Positions 14,202 to 15,204 of a DNA stretch of 15,204 nucleotides are shown piece after piece. The translations under genes were made by a program, and so were the position numbers. The notes beneath the pieces were generated by a model. It saw only the letters and a list, made by a program, of their open reading frames with translations. It had not been told where the DNA came from and did not search any database. Source of the stretch: a virus; UHGV virus genome UHGV-1767466, one strand, 5' to 3'. Each line of letters opens with the position of its first letter. Within the stretch, counting starts at the first letter, position 1.

Positions 14202-15204
14202 ATGAGTCAGAAATACCTCATTCGCATCGCTGAGCTGGAAAGGCTGCTCTCTGAGCAGGCTGAAGCCCTCCGTCAGAAAGACCAGCAACTGAGTCTGGTT
14301 GAAGAGACGGAGGCCTTCCTGCGCTCTGCACTGGCACGTGCCGAAGAAAAGATCGAAGAAGATGAGCGAGAAATAGAGCATCTGCGGGCTCAGATAGAAA
14401 AACTGCGCCGGATGCTGTTCGGAACCCGTTCTGAAAAACTGCGTCGTGAGGTTGAACAGGCTGAAGCCCTGCTGAAACAACGCGAGCAGGAAAGCGATCG
14501 TTACAGTGGGCGTGAGGATGACCCGCTGGTTCCCCGCCAGTTGCGACAGTCGCGCCATCGTCGTCCGTTACCGGCACATCTCCCCCGTGAAATATACCGC
14601 CTGGAGCCTGAAGAAAGCTGTTGCCCGGAGTGTGGCGGTGAGCTGGATTATCTGGGGGAAGTCAGCGCAGAACAACTGGAACTGGTGAGCAGCGCCCTGA
14701 AAGTGATCCGCACAGAACGGGTAAAAAAAGCCTGTACAAAATGTGACTGCATCGTTGAAGCACCGGCGCCGTCCCGCCCGATAGAGCGTGGTATCGCGGG
14801 CCCCGGATTACTTGCCCGCGTGTTAACGGGAAAATACTGCGAACACCTGCCACTGTATCGTCAGAGTGAAATCTTTGCCCGACAGGGTGTCGAACTGAGC
14901 CGTGCATTACTCTCCAACTGGGTTGACGCGTGCTGCCAGTTAATGACGCCGCTGAATGATGCCCTGTACCGTTATGTGATGAATACCCGCAAGCTTCACA
15001 CTGACGACACACCGGTAAAGGTACTGGCACCGGGCCTGAAAAAGACGAAAACAGGGCGCATCTGGACGTATGTCCGGGATGATCGCAATGCGGGTTCGTC
15101 ATCTCCTCCGGCGGTCTGGTTCGCGTACTCATCGAACCGGCAGGGGAAACACCCGGAGCAACACCTCCGCCCCTTCCGGGGTATCCTGCAGGCGGATGCG
15201 TTCA
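14202..15204 (+). CDS. tnpC: IS66-family transposase TnpC, 5' partial (334 codons; 3' end beyond window)
   Basis: Open frame from ATG 14202 to the window end with no stop (own translation; not in the ORF track because it is open-ended). N-terminal leucine-zipper-like coiled coil (LERLLSEQAEALRQKDQQLSLVEETEAFLR), CxxC...CxxC zinc-finger motif (CCPECGGEL...CTKCDC), then a DDE-type core (LHTDDTPVKVL) as in IS66 transposases. Confidence 0.85.
   Translation, partial: MSQKYLIRIAELERLLSEQAEALRQKDQQLSLVEETEAFLRSALARAEEKIEEDEREIEHLRAQIEKLRRMLFGTRSEKLRREVEQAEALLKQREQESDRYSGREDDPLVPRQLRQSRHRRPLPAHLPREIYRLEPEESCCPECGGELDYLGEVSAEQLELVSSALKVIRTERVKKACTKCDCIVEAPAPSRPIERGIAGPGLLARVLTGKYCEHLPLYRQSEIFARQGVELSRALLSNWVDACCQLMTPLNDALYRYVMNTRKLHTDDTPVKVLAPGLKKTKTGRIWTYVRDDRNAGSSSPPAVWFAYSSNRQGKHPEQHLRPFRGILQADAF

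Larger units (their letters stand above)
13305..15204 (+). mobile_element. IS66-family insertion sequence (left end and about 1.9 kb; right end beyond window)
   Basis: Three consecutive same-strand genes with the IS66 tnpA-tnpB-tnpC layout. The element end begins 5'-GTAAGCG at 13305; IS66-family termini characteristically begin 5'-GTAA. The adjacent tape measure ORF terminates abruptly at this junction. Confidence 0.85.

Noticed and set aside
13836-14558. Minus-strand 240-aa ORF across tnpB/tnpC
   Set aside because: Antisense to IS66 tnpB and tnpC, which have strong family-level support; a long open antisense frame is common in GC-rich coding sequence.
14662-15132. Minus-strand 156-aa ORF inside tnpC
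   Set aside because: Antisense to the transposase reading frame; Pro/Ser/Arg-rich low-complexity product.
1-15204. Search for tRNA, rRNA, CRISPR repeats or integrase/att sites
   Set aside because: No cloverleaf-like tRNA candidates, no regularly spaced direct repeats and no tyrosine or serine recombinase reading frame were seen; the window is internal to the prophage late region.

Overview
The window is a contiguous piece of a lambdoid (SfV-like mosaic) prophage of an enterobacterium, read almost entirely on the + strand. In order it holds: a lambda-type lysis cassette (holin, R-like endolysin, overlapped Rz/Rz1 spanins); a single AT-rich gene on the opposite strand encoding a ClpP-fold serine peptidase with its own terminator (a moron at the position lambda uses for bor); an HNH endonuclease and the likely cos region; an HK97-type packaging and head module (TerS, TerL, portal, prohead protease, major capsid protein, connector and neck proteins); and a Mu-like contractile tail module (sheath, tube, chaperone with a -1 frameshift, tape measure). 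The tape measure gene is cut after about 133 codons by an IS66-family insertion sequence (tnpA, tnpB, 5' part of tnpC) that runs off the right edge, so the prophage is probably tail-defective. No tRNA, rRNA, CRISPR array or integrase was recognised. All homology statements come from reading the translations against remembered protein families, not from database searches. The most interesting item is the ClpP-like moron; I could not identify a multi-gene novel system.
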